Origin: a virus
Lineage: Duplodnaviria > Caudoviricetes
Direction: 5' to 3' (one strand)
DNA: 64,000 bases
Virus record (IMG/VR): IMGVR_UViG_2832220722_000003
Span: 15,218 to 79,217 of that record
Below are positions 18,254 through 27,556 of this stretch, one piece after another. The translations under genes were made by a program, and so were the position numbers. The notes beneath the pieces were generated by a model, which saw only the letters and a program-made list of their open reading frames with translations, was not told where the DNA came from and made no database searches. Within the stretch, counting starts at the first letter, position 1. Each line of letters begins with the position of its first letter.

Positions 18254-19291
18254 TTAAACGGTGCGGTTCAGCCAGGCCTCGATCTGCTCAGGCGTCATGC
18301 CTTGCGTCGCACTGAGCATTTCGGGGCCGGACATATCCGCCGTGCGGTCCAGGGCGGTAGCGCCGCCCGCGTGCCCACCAGGAATGCTGGAAAGGCTCGC
18401 AGGGGCTTCGCTCCTGGCTGCCGCGATGGCGGCGCTGGCGGCGGCCTTGGTGTCGGCTGCCGCAGTGGTGTTGGTCTTCGGCGTGGTCGCCGCCTTGAAG
18501 GCGTCGAACACCTCCACGATTTGCTCGGCCGTGCCACCCGTCTTGTGGTCGAACAGCCCCCAATAGGCGCTGCGCACGGCACTGGGCTGGGCATCCACCC
18601 AGGCCTTGAACTCGCTGCTCTGCGCAATCGAGTCTGCGTCGGGGTGCTTGCCGTAGATGGCCTCGTAGTGGGCGGCCGCAGCGTCCTGCTGCTGCTTGGC
18701 TTGCAGGGGCTTCAAGGCTTCTGCCACGCGGGCACCCACCTGTTCCGCCACCTTCAGATCAACCAGCGTCTGGATGCCCTTGGCCAGTGCTTCCTCGGAG
18801 AAATCCCCGAACAAGTTCGCGTCCGCGCCCGCGTTAATGGCCGCCTGTGCCTGGGCTGCCATCGTGTCGGTCTTGGTCGCGGCCTCGCCCGCGTCCGCCC
18901 GCGCCTGGGCCTGCGCCTGCAGCTCGGCCAGCGCTTGCTGGGCGGCTTCTGCCTGCGCTTTCCAGTGCTGCTCGCCTTCGCGGTGCTTGACCAGCGTCTC
19001 GTAGGGGATGGTGTGTTTGCCATCGCGTGCCAGCACCACGGCCTTCGCGGGGTCTTCCGCGTCGGCCGGGGTGTTGGCGTCCTTCGGGTCACTGGCGGCG
19101 GCTGCCGCGTCGGCATTGCTCTTGGCCGTCTCATCGCCACCGGCAGCGCCCTTGTCGTCCGTCGCAGGGGTGGTCGCGGGCGCGCCACCGTTGTCCGGCT
19201 GGGCGCCGGTATCGCCCTCACCCAGGCTCAGGGCCTGTAGTGCCTGCTCCGGCGTCAGTGCGCCGTCGATGTTGGAGTAATCGAATTCCAT
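18254..19291 (-). CDS. Capsid scaffolding protein
   Basis: Start refined to MEFDYSN; Ala/Asp-rich with coiled coil, DGKHTIPYETL; between portal and capsid. Confidence 0.8.
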   Translation of the reverse strand: MEFDYSNIDGALTPEQALQALSLGEGDTGAQPDNGGAPATTPATDDKGAAGGDETAKSNADAAAAASDPKDANTPADAEDPAKAVVLARDGKHTIPYETLVKHREGEQHWKAQAEAAQQALAELQAQAQARADAGEAATKTDTMAAQAQAAINAGADANLFGDFSEEALAKGIQTLVDLKVAEQVGARVAEALKPLQAKQQQDAAAAHYEAIYGKHPDADSIAQSSEFKAWVDAQPSAVRSAYWGLFDHKTGGTAEQIVEVFDAFKAATTPKTNTTAAADTKAAASAAIAAARSEAPASLSSIPGGHAGGATALDRTADMSGPEMLSATQGMTPEQIEAWLNRTV

Positions 19292-19449
19292 GTGTGATGT
19301 CGTCCTGCTTTCCCGCCACATATCGCCGTGGCCGCAAGGGGCCGCAATCCGGTGCAAGCGTTTGTCGTGCTTGCTCCATCTGCTATGTTTTCCGCAGCGC
19401 TCGCGCGCCCCGGGCTTCGCCATCCGCTCGCGCGTCCGGCTTGGGTGGC

Positions 19450-19490
19450 ACTGTCAATTCGGAGAGCAGATTCCCTAAGCCCTATACCGG
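19450..19490 (-). promoter_or_regulatory. Late-promoter motif ATAGGGCT-N22-GACAGT upstream of scaffold/capsid
   Basis: Variant of the motif at 13098 and 24613 with identical spacing to an nAnnnT hexamer. Confidence 0.55.
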
Positions 19491-19540
19491 GCGAGCACGA
19501 AAAAGCCGCCTCTGCGGGCGGCTGGATGGGGTGGCCTGGA

Positions 19541-21856
19541 TCAGGCTTGCAGGTTGTCGGCCATCTCCGGCGTCTCGATCCCGTTCATGCCCGTGGGCGG
19601 CTGCTGCGGCACGGGCGGAAATGCGGGGCTGGTGTTCTGGCGCACGGCCGGCGCCGCGCCCGCCTCCGCTTCGGTCTCGGGCACAGCCTCTGCGCCGCCG
19701 CCCTGGATGTACGGGTGCGGCACGTTCATCGCGGCGGTGGCGTCCGGCGTCGGGAAGTTGGGATCGTCGCCACCCGGCGTGGGCTTCTTGTAGCCCGCGC
19801 CCTGCATGATGGCGTCCGCGATGGGCGCGATCATGGGCATCTGCGCCACCTGCGCGCCGCCCTGCATGGCGCTGAATGCCGCCTGCACGCCGATCTGCAC
19901 GGCCTGCGCCATGATCTGCTTGATCTCGGCATCGGTCTTGCGCTCCTTCATGTCCAGCTCGCGCGCCTTCAACTCGTTGCCGGCCTCCTTGAGCGCCTGG
20001 GCCACGGCCTGCTGGATGCGCTTCTCCACCTGCTCGGGCGTCTCCTGCGCGCCGGCCTGCTGCAGCGCCTGCACCAGTTGCTCCTTGAAAGGCACATCCA
20101 TCAGCGAAGCCATGAGCGGCATCACCACGGCCTGGAACTGCGGCGGCAGGCCCTTCACCACCTCGCTCATTGCATTGAGCTGCTGGCCGCGATAGGTCCT
20201 GCTGCTCGGCACATCCTCCAGCCCCACCATGAGCCGCGTGCGCTGCAGGTCGTTCGACAGGTAGGGGTAGCCGGCCTCGTCCACCTCGGGGTGGTTGATG
20301 ACGATGGTGCGCGCGGGCGTTATGGCATCGCCCTCGATCACCACGGTGGTTTCCGTCTTCCCCATGTCCTGCACGATCATCGACATCAGCAACTCGCCCA
20401 CCTGGGTCCGGCCGCGCCGGAAGTTGCCCATCATGTGGGCCAGGCTCTGGTTGGCCTGCTCCACCTGGGTCTGCTCCTGCACGCCGCTAGTGGCCGTGCC
20501 GCGCCGGCCGGAGAAGGCCCCGGCCGCCGCCGGGTTCACGCGCTCGATGGCCTGCCGCGCGTTGGCCAGCATGTCGAGCTGCTGCGCGGTCAACTGGAAA
20601 TCGCGCTCCACCTTGAAGCGCGCGCCGGGCTGCGCCATGTGGGCCGCGTCCAACTCGACGTCGGCATCCAACCGTCCCACCGTGCGGCGGAAGACATCGG
20701 CGGGCATCGCCACGGCGCCCTTGGTGCGCTCCACGCGGTACGCGCTCATGCCCCAGCGCAAGCGCGAGTTCCCCGAGTTCAGCGTGTCCTGTTGGTAGAG
20801 CATGTTGCGGATGTACCCGAAAGGCACGCGCGTCTGTTCCTCGCGGAAGCCCCAGAACGGGACATAGGGGAAGTAGCGGTGCGCGTACGGCGTGGGGCCA
20901 TCAAACAGGACGTGAGGCCCCAGCCAGTAGCTGCGGCGCACCCGCGCCACCACCGCGCGCCGGAACTGCACCAGGCGGTTGGCCACGGCATGCACATGGG
21001 CGGGGTTGGCGTCGTCGAACTCCACCACGCGGCCGTCGCGGCTCTTGAGCACCACGACATCGACCCAGCGGCGATACCACAGCTCGGTCGCGCACACCTC
21101 CTTGTTGAACGGGTTGTACCAGCGGTCCTCGGCCACGGTCCAGGAGCGCGCCACGTCGAACGCCCGGTTCAGGCCCGTGCTGCCGCCGCCGTAGCCGACA
21201 TCGTCGAATTCTCTCCACCAGCCGATTCCCGCCTTGCCGAAGCGGCGGATCAGCTCCGCGTGCTGCGGGAACACGCGCGCAAGGCGGCTCGGGTGCATCC
21301 AGCGCTGGCGCCGCAGCCAGCGCGCGTCCGACAGGTCGTCCTCCGCGCTCGACCAGTCCCAGTGGATCTCGTTGCGGTTCACGGCCTTGCACTGGTAGGG
21401 GAAGGCGAACGGGTCATCGCCCTTGCTCACCTCCACCCAGCCCAGCCCGACCCCGATCTGCGAGTAGAAGGCCTTGCTGCAGGCGTCGTCGGCCTTGCTG
21501 TTGCGCTCGCTCTCGTTCAGCTTGAACGATATGGCGGCGGCCACGTCCTGCCCGCCCGGCTGCCCGTTGGCCGTCACGCGCCAGTCCGTGCGCGTGGCTT
21601 CCTCATGACCGCGAATGCCCTCCAGGGTCGCGCCGATCAGGTTCTCCATCGACGGCGGGATGCCCAGCCTGCGCTGCGCCTCCAGCAGCTCGGTCTTGAG
21701 TTGGTTGCCCTCGGCATAGTCCATTTCCCGGTCGGCAATGGGGCGCCACTCGCGCGGTTGGTTCTCGATTTCCTCGTGGATTTCACGGTACTCGGCCAGC
21801 GTCAACGCGCCGTCCGGGGTGTCCACCGGATCGATGGCGGTCTGTGTGTCTTGCAT
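19541..21856 (-). CDS. Portal protein (P22/podovirus-like)
   Basis: Start refined to MQDTQTA after GAGGA; DYAEGNQ, YFPYVPFWG and ATSGVQEQ motifs; follows TerL. Confidence 0.9.
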   Translation of the reverse strand: MQDTQTAIDPVDTPDGALTLAEYREIHEEIENQPREWRPIADREMDYAEGNQLKTELLEAQRRLGIPPSMENLIGATLEGIRGHEEATRTDWRVTANGQPGGQDVAAAISFKLNESERNSKADDACSKAFYSQIGVGLGWVEVSKGDDPFAFPYQCKAVNRNEIHWDWSSAEDDLSDARWLRRQRWMHPSRLARVFPQHAELIRRFGKAGIGWWREFDDVGYGGGSTGLNRAFDVARSWTVAEDRWYNPFNKEVCATELWYRRWVDVVVLKSRDGRVVEFDDANPAHVHAVANRLVQFRRAVVARVRRSYWLGPHVLFDGPTPYAHRYFPYVPFWGFREEQTRVPFGYIRNMLYQQDTLNSGNSRLRWGMSAYRVERTKGAVAMPADVFRRTVGRLDADVELDAAHMAQPGARFKVERDFQLTAQQLDMLANARQAIERVNPAAAGAFSGRRGTATSGVQEQTQVEQANQSLAHMMGNFRRGRTQVGELLMSMIVQDMGKTETTVVIEGDAITPARTIVINHPEVDEAGYPYLSNDLQRTRLMVGLEDVPSSRTYRGQQLNAMSEVVKGLPPQFQAVVMPLMASLMDVPFKEQLVQALQQAGAQETPEQVEKRIQQAVAQALKEAGNELKARELDMKERKTDAEIKQIMAQAVQIGVQAAFSAMQGGAQVAQMPMIAPIADAIMQGAGYKKPTPGGDDPNFPTPDATAAMNVPHPYIQGGGAEAVPETEAEAGAAPAVRQNTSPAFPPVPQQPPTGMNGIETPEMADNLQA

Positions 21857-21867
21857 GGTGGTGGTCC

Positions 21868-23610
21868 TCAATAGCAAACCGGCTCGGGGGCCTCGATGTA
21901 TCCCTGGCCGGCCGTTGCCAGGCTGTTCAGCAGCCCCAGTTCCTTGGCCTGGGCGTACTGGCGGTAGGCGTCCGCGCCCTCGCTGCAGCCGTTGCTCTTG
22001 TCGGGGTGGTCGTCCAGGTAGCGGGCGTCGGCCGTGCTCCACTTCTTCTTGTAGTTCGCCAGCCGCTCCACGCCCTCTTTCGTGCCCTCCAGGTCGAACC
22101 ACGCCGCCTTGAGGTGCTTGCGTGCCGCGTAGATGCCGGTCATCAACTGCGTGGTGCGCGGCACGATGAAGAAGGTCTGCCCGGGCAGCAGGTCCTGCAA
22201 CTGCTCCTTGGTGGACTTGTTGTAGTCGCTCAGGCGCTTGTGGTCGGCGTCATGCGGCAGGAAGTGGGCGCCGTACAGGAAGCCGCGGCGCTGCAACTCG
22301 ACCGCGTAGTGCCGCAGATCCTCGTTGTGCCCCTCGTAGTAGCCGATGAAGCGGTCTTCCTGGCCCAGCATCTGCATGAACCAGATGGCGCAGCCGTCGC
22401 TGTTGCCGATGTCCCAGAACGTGTAGACGGGCAGATCCAGCACGGGCACCTGGGTAATGCCGCCGCGCTTGCGCAGGATCATCAGCTCCTTGGCGAAGTA
22501 GTTGCCCGCCACGCTCTGCTGGAAGGCCTCGGCCGGCGTGCTCGGGTACTCGCGCCACATCCGCTCCTCGGCGCCCGCGAAGTCGTTGCGCTGCTTCTCC
22601 GCGTACCAGGCACGCTGCCCCAGGTCGATGGTGCAGCCCATCAGCTGCTCTATCTCGGCAAAGTAGTCGTGCAGCTCCCGGCTGATGGGCACGCCGGCCG
22701 GGTCCATCGAATACTCCGGCTCCTGCCACCAGGCGTAGAAGTGGAAGCGGTACTGCGATCTGGTCAGCTTGGCCGCACCCACCACCAGCGCCTGGGCGCG
22801 CTGGCACATTTTGTAGAACTCGCCATCGGTGCCCTCGGCCGTGGACTCAACCACGATGATCCCGCTCAGGGGAACGGCCTGAAACGAGCCCGTCACCACT
22901 TCCTCGGCCTTGGCCGGGAACTTGGCGCAAATCTTGCCGAACTCGGAGACGTGCAGCCGGTGGATGGTGCCGCCGCGCACCGACGTGGCCACGCGCATGC
23001 TGCTGTTGTTGTGCGCGAACAGCAATTCCTTGGTGCTCGCGCGCGCCAGCGGGAAGCGCTCCCGAATCTCCTGCGGCAGGTGGTCGTAGGCGAACACCAC
23101 CTTGTCGCGGAAGATCGCCTCGGCCGTTTCGCGATCCTGCGCGATCATGCCGCAGCGCTGGTTGCTGTTCCAGAGCGCGTGATCGAGCCAGAGGATGGCG
23201 ATCAGGGTGGTGAAGCCGAGCTGGCGCGCCTTGAGGATCAGGTTGCGGTGCCACAGCCGCACGATGAAGCGGCGCTGCGCGCGATTGGGCTTGAAGGGCT
23301 GGACAAAGCTCTCGTCGTCGTCTTCTCCCTTGACGATGATCTGGTAGAGCACGCCCGAGAACAGGCGCCACTCCACATCAGCCAGGCACCGCGCCAGCTC
23401 GTCGCGATCGGTGGGCAGGTGCTCGGGCGGGATGACATGCGGTCCACGCCTGGGCCGGCGCTCCGCCTTGGCATCCCAGTTGCAGCCCAGCTGCGCGTCC
23501 AGGTCGCGGCCGCGCTCCACGTCGATGACGGCCTCGTCCTCGTCCAAGCAGCCGGGTTCCGCCGCGGCGCCGCGCGCGGCACGGGCACGCTGTGGGTGCT
23601 TAGTCGCCAT
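21868..23610 (-). CDS. terL: Terminase large subunit
   Basis: ILKARQLGFTT Walker A, LHVSEFG, ESTAEG, WDIG nuclease motif. Confidence 0.95.
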   Translation of the reverse strand: MATKHPQRARAARGAAAEPGCLDEDEAVIDVERGRDLDAQLGCNWDAKAERRPRRGPHVIPPEHLPTDRDELARCLADVEWRLFSGVLYQIIVKGEDDDESFVQPFKPNRAQRRFIVRLWHRNLILKARQLGFTTLIAILWLDHALWNSNQRCGMIAQDRETAEAIFRDKVVFAYDHLPQEIRERFPLARASTKELLFAHNNSSMRVATSVRGGTIHRLHVSEFGKICAKFPAKAEEVVTGSFQAVPLSGIIVVESTAEGTDGEFYKMCQRAQALVVGAAKLTRSQYRFHFYAWWQEPEYSMDPAGVPISRELHDYFAEIEQLMGCTIDLGQRAWYAEKQRNDFAGAEERMWREYPSTPAEAFQQSVAGNYFAKELMILRKRGGITQVPVLDLPVYTFWDIGNSDGCAIWFMQMLGQEDRFIGYYEGHNEDLRHYAVELQRRGFLYGAHFLPHDADHKRLSDYNKSTKEQLQDLLPGQTFFIVPRTTQLMTGIYAARKHLKAAWFDLEGTKEGVERLANYKKKWSTADARYLDDHPDKSNGCSEGADAYRQYAQAKELGLLNSLATAGQGYIEAPEPVCY

Positions 23611-24577
23611 CGGGCACTTCCTCACGCGGCATGAGCGCGTTCCCTCCAGGCGCTGGCGCGGCCGGCGCCGCCGGTGCTTCCGGGTCGTCCGCCACGGGCA
23701 AGAGACTGCTGCTGTTGCCAGCGGCGATGCGGTGCAGCAGCGCGGCCAGCGGGTCGGCCTTCTGCTGGTTGTCCTTCTCGTAGAGGCCCAGGTGCTTTGC
23801 CAGCTTCTCCAAAGCGTCCAGCTTGGAGTGCATCTTTATCTCGATGCCCTCCTTCGTCTGCTTGGCACCGGCATACAGCGCCGCGGCGCGCGGGCTCAGG
23901 TGGCGCGTGTCCTTGAGCACAGTGCGCGCCTGGCCATCGCCGCCACATATGGGGCAGTCGTCCTTGGGCAGCAGCAGCGGGTTGAAGCCAATACCGCCAG
24001 CCTCATCGAACTCGGCAGGGTTCTTGCCCTTCTCCACCCAAGCCTCGCGGTCGCGGTTCATTTCGCCCACGGTGCGCTGGTACTTGTGGCCCTCGCCGTA
24101 GCAGCAGCGACAGCAGCCGGTTTTGACCTCCACCAAGTCGCGGGCGTCCGCCAGAGCCACGTTGGCAATCTCCATCAACACCATGTCTGCCGTGATGGCC
24201 GTGCGCTCCTGCTGGGCTTGGCGCGCTATCGAAATCGCAGCTTGAATGTAAGGTTTTGACAGGTTCTCTGCCCCAATCTGGCGGGCGGTTTCAGCGCTGT
24301 ATCCGGCGCGGATCGCCGCCTGCGTCGCGTTGAGGTCCACCAAGTATTCGTCCACGAATCGCTGCTGTTTCTCGGTCAAGCCAAGCTGCGGCGCCTCCTT
24401 CACGCTCTCTTTTTTGATGGCCGCGCGGGGCTTGCGCACCACCTTCGTGGGGGCCTTCTCGGGCGCGGTGCGCTTCGGTGCAGGCGCGGCTTTGCCCGCC
24501 GCCTTCTTCGCTGGGGCTGCGGGCTTCTTCGTGGACTTGCGGGGCGCAGGCTTCTTTCCTGCCGGAGGTGTTGCCAT
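23600..24577 (-). CDS. terS: Terminase small subunit with Cys-rich insertion
   Basis: LTEKQQRFVDEYLVDLNATQAAIRAGYS; KLDALEKLAKHLG; CCRCC…CPIC. Confidence 0.92.
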   Translation of the reverse strand: MATPPAGKKPAPRKSTKKPAAPAKKAAGKAAPAPKRTAPEKAPTKVVRKPRAAIKKESVKEAPQLGLTEKQQRFVDEYLVDLNATQAAIRAGYSAETARQIGAENLSKPYIQAAISIARQAQQERTAITADMVLMEIANVALADARDLVEVKTGCCRCCYGEGHKYQRTVGEMNRDREAWVEKGKNPAEFDEAGGIGFNPLLLPKDDCPICGGDGQARTVLKDTRHLSPRAAALYAGAKQTKEGIEIKMHSKLDALEKLAKHLGLYEKDNQQKADPLAALLHRIAAGNSSSLLPVADDPEAPAAPAAPAPGGNALMPREEVPDGD

Positions 24578-24584
24578 GCCCGGG

Positions 24585-24624
24585 AGTCTTACGGGGCATG
24601 GCGGGTTGGCCTAACCCTATGCTG
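24585..24624 (-). promoter_or_regulatory. Late-promoter motif CAGCATAGGGTT-N22-AAGACT upstream of terS (probably leaderless)
   Basis: Hexamer 7 nt before the terS ATG; no SD. Confidence 0.6.
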
Positions 24625-24782
24625 TGCGTTCAACTATGATTGCGCCGACCAGTGGGGTGCCGCACCGGAGGTACTGGAAATTGCCATCACAGAGGTGGTT
24701 TATAGATCGAACGCGCGGCATGTCAGGTCAAGGTGTCGTCCCACTCTGTGAAGGACGCGATGCCGATCTTGGGAGGCGGCTT

Positions 24783-24923
24783 ATGTCGAATACCAAATCA
24801 GCCTGGCAAGTTGGGGGTCAAACCTTTGCCTCGGTCTTCGCAGTCCTTGTGACCGCGTTTGACCCGGTGACGGCCTTTGTCCTGGCGCTATGCGCTACTG
24901 TCATCTTGGTGGCAGGAACCTAA
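24783..24923 (+). CDS. Small hydrophobic membrane peptide (46 aa), moron-like
   Basis: GGGAGG SD; hydrophobic C-terminus; opposite strand to neighbours; followed by strong hairpin. Confidence 0.5.
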   Translation: MSNTKSAWQVGGQTFASVFAVLVTAFDPVTAFVLALCATVILVAGT

Positions 24924-24931
24924 CGGGTACG

Positions 24932-24953
24932 GCCCAGGGGGAAACCCCTGGGC
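24932..24953. terminator. GC-rich hairpin between convergent genes
   Basis: GCCCAGGGG-GAAA-CCCCTGGGC. Confidence 0.55.
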
Positions 24954-24981
24954 TCGTTACTTCTCTCTCACTCAGCCAACG

Positions 24982-25743
24982 TCAGCATGGAGCGGCTCCG
25001 CCGTTGGTACGACGACGCGCAGATGGGCGGGCGAACAATTCGGCATGGCGCAGCACGAATCGGCGCAGAAACTCCAGGCCCAGGCCAGTGACGCGGGCCA
25101 CTCTGCTGAACTGCATGCCACGCGTGTTCGTCTCGTAGGTGTGCACGGCCTCCTTGAAGTAGCCCTGCGTCACGTAGCGCGCGGCCGGAGCGTTGTCAGG
25201 CAGGATCACGCCCTTCTCGCGCAGCGCCTTTTCCAGCTTGCGCACCGGCACGCCGATGGTCTTGGCCGCGTCGCGCACCAGCACGGTCCCATCCGCGTTC
25301 AGCATGGCGTTGGCGTAGGTCACCTTGGGCGCGGCCAGTGCCAGCTTGGCCTCGGCCTCCAGGCGGCCAGCCTCGGCGGCCATGGCGATCTGCAGGATTT
25401 CCATGCGGGACATCTCGGCCGGCTTCTTGGCGGCCAGCCCGTCCTCCAACTCCTTCCAGCGGTCCACCAGGGCGGCGGTGAACTCGGGGGAGAGCTGGGC
25501 CACCACTACGATGCTGTCGCGCTTACCCTGCTCCCCGCAGAACAGGTATTGCTGCGTGACGTACGTCCGGTTGTTGCCGCCGGCTTCTTGCACGTTCACC
25601 GTTGGTGGTTGTGCGATAACCCCTTGATTTACAAGGCGTTCGATGGTGCGCTTCACGCTGTCGTGGCGCACACGCACCAAGTCCGCTATCTCGCGGCTGG
25701 TCATGGACATGGTGTCGCCCGTCAAGGGCAGCAGTGCATTCAT
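24982..25743 (-). CDS. Rha-family / KilAC (ANT) phage antirepressor
   Basis: MTSREIADLV…HDSVKRTIE N-terminus; APKVTYANAM…VTGLGLEFL C-terminus. Confidence 0.85.
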   Translation of the reverse strand: MNALLPLTGDTMSMTSREIADLVRVRHDSVKRTIERLVNQGVIAQPPTVNVQEAGGNNRTYVTQQYLFCGEQGKRDSIVVVAQLSPEFTAALVDRWKELEDGLAAKKPAEMSRMEILQIAMAAEAGRLEAEAKLALAAPKVTYANAMLNADGTVLVRDAAKTIGVPVRKLEKALREKGVILPDNAPAARYVTQGYFKEAVHTYETNTRGMQFSRVARVTGLGLEFLRRFVLRHAELFARPSARRRTNGGAAPC

Positions 25744-26309
25744 GGTTGGCTCCCTTCGCGGCGTTCGGTGTCCTCGGGTTCGACGATCCCCAGCAGGTCC
25801 ATCTGGCGTGTGCCCAGCTTCGTGCGCAGCAACTCGCGCATGGCTTTCAGTTCGCGGCCCTGGGACTCCACCCTGGCGGCCAGCTCGGTCGCCAGGAAGA
25901 GGTGCTGATTCGTGCTGTTGATGAGGATCGCCTGGCCGGCGGCACCCATGTTCAGCTGGGCAAGAGCGCGATCCTCGCACGGGGTCAGGTGCAACACCAC
26001 ATCCTCAGCGCCGGCGCGGCCCGTGAACTCGATCATCACGTAGCCGTTGTCCAGAATGGTCTTGCTGATGTTGCGCGACGGCGGGTAGGCCTCCACCAGC
26101 TCGTAGATGCCACGCAGCAGGCGCTTGAGCTTCCCGTCATCCACCAGCGTGCGCAGGCGGTCGTCCACAACCGACAGCTTGAGTCCCGTCAGGTCGGCCA
26201 CCGTCTCGCGCGTGGCGATCTGCTCCAGGCCGCGCAGCTCGCGCACGGCGTCGAACACCCGCGTGGTGCTCGATATGGGTTTGCTCGTCGCCTGCTCGTC
26301 AGGTTGCAT
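25740..26309 (-). CDS. Winged-helix DNA-binding protein (candidate late activator)
   Basis: ATRETVADLTGLKLSVVDDRLRTLVDDGKLKR wHTH pattern; last part of the early-right operon. Confidence 0.65.
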   Translation of the reverse strand: MQPDEQATSKPISSTTRVFDAVRELRGLEQIATRETVADLTGLKLSVVDDRLRTLVDDGKLKRLLRGIYELVEAYPPSRNISKTILDNGYVMIEFTGRAGAEDVVLHLTPCEDRALAQLNMGAAGQAILINSTNQHLFLATELAARVESQGRELKAMRELLRTKLGTRQMDLLGIVEPEDTERREGSQP

Positions 26310-26847
26310 CGCTTCCTCCTTCTTGCCACAGCGGCAGCTTTACCGGCCAGCGGCCGGCCTCCATGATTTGCTTGCGGGTGCGCGCGGCCATGGCCCGGCC
26401 CAGCGCAACGTGCGCCTCCCGGCCGCCCGGTACCAGGCGGTACTGGTCGAATGCGGTGTGGCACCCCTCGGCGCCCGGCCGCGCTGCGCACAGCGGCATG
26501 GCGCGGCGGTCGTCCACCTTGAGCGCCTTGCCCTTTCCCTCGTTCTCGTGGGCGTGCTGGCTATAGCCGACGATGCCGCACCACTCGCAGGGCAACGCGG
26601 CCACCAGGCGCCGGTAGGGCTCGCTGCGCAGCGGGTTTTCCTTCTCGATGGGTGCGGCCGGCGCCGGGCCGCGGGCCATAGTCACATTCACAGGGCTGGG
26701 GCAGGCCATCGCCATGGCGCGGGCTGCGCGCTCGGCCAGGCGCTGCTCGCGGTCGGGCGCTGCGGACCGCTCCGGCATCCGGTACGTGAGGCCCGTGCGC
26801 TTGAACCCCTGCGCGCCGCGGCTCATTGGTTTGTGGCGGGTCAGCAT
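26299..26847 (-). CDS. Zn-finger nin-region protein (DUF968/Ref-like)
   Basis: RSEPYRRLVAALPCEWCG…HAH…MPLC…CH. Confidence 0.7.
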   Translation of the reverse strand: MLTRHKPMSRGAQGFKRTGLTYRMPERSAAPDREQRLAERAARAMAMACPSPVNVTMARGPAPAAPIEKENPLRSEPYRRLVAALPCEWCGIVGYSQHAHENEGKGKALKVDDRRAMPLCAARPGAEGCHTAFDQYRLVPGGREAHVALGRAMAARTRKQIMEAGRWPVKLPLWQEGGSDAT

Positions 26848-27083
26848 GCTGTCTCCTCGGCCGCCAGGCGCGCCAGCTCTTTTCGCGCGTCGTCCACGAT
26901 CTTCGGGTGGATCTGCCGATGGAACCGCACCACCACGCGGCACAGGTACTTGTGCTGCTTGAGCGTGAGCGTCTGCGCCGGCCGCGTCGATGCGCGCGCC
27001 ACCATGTCGTATGCGAACTTCTTCATGGGGTCGCGCGGCGGGAACTTCACGCGGGCCAGGAAGTGGCAGAAAGCAATCTGCAT
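26841..27083 (-). CDS. Phage hypothetical protein
   Basis: 80 aa, coupled to neighbours. Confidence 0.55.
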   Translation of the reverse strand: MQIAFCHFLARVKFPPRDPMKKFAYDMVARASTRPAQTLTLKQHKYLCRVVVRFHRQIHPKIVDDARKELARLAAEETAC

Positions 27084-27088
27084 ATCCG

Positions 27089-27556
27089 TCACGGCTTGCC
27101 TCCGTTCACCTTGCGCGCCTTCGCCACGGCGGCGGCGTTGCGGTACGGCCAGGCCACCATGGCGGCGTCCCGTTCGTGCTGGTTGCTGCGCTTCTCCCAG
27201 CCCGTGATGCGCCCGAAGGCGGCCGCGTCCACCTTGGCGCCCTTGGCTGTGGGGCTGATGCCATGGGCCGGGATGCCCAGGTCGCCACAGATCGCGGTGA
27301 TCAGCGTGCACCACGCATCGACTTGCCCCACGCTGCGCGCCGTGGCCAGGGCCGCGCCGTAGGCGCCCTTGGTGCGGGCGTTCCACAGGCGGGTTTCGAG
27401 GCGGCTGTCCTCGAACACCACGCGCACCGCGCCGGACACGCGCAGGAAGCGCTCCACGTCCCAGGGCTCGATGGTCTGCAGCCCCACGAGCTTGCCATCC
27501 ACATAGCTGGCGACGCCGGTCTCGGCGCCCGGATCGATACCAAGGATCAGCGGCAT
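27089..27556 (-). CDS. RuvC-like Holliday junction resolvase
   Basis: ILGIDPG, VVFED and HERDAA acidic motifs. Confidence 0.75.
   Translation of the reverse strand: MPLILGIDPGAETGVASYVDGKLVGLQTIEPWDVERFLRVSGAVRVVFEDSRLETRLWNARTKGAYGAALATARSVGQVDAWCTLITAICGDLGIPAHGISPTAKGAKVDAAAFGRITGWEKRSNQHERDAAMVAWPYRNAAAVAKARKVNGGKP

Noticed and set aside
19328-23634. Plus-strand ORFs of 848 and 596 aa
   Set aside because: Antisense shadows of portal and terminase
24918-24962. ACCTAAC…CGTTAC hairpin as another attC
   Set aside because: Too short (45 bp), R' does not fit GTTRRRY and no complementary leading site; better explained as a terminator
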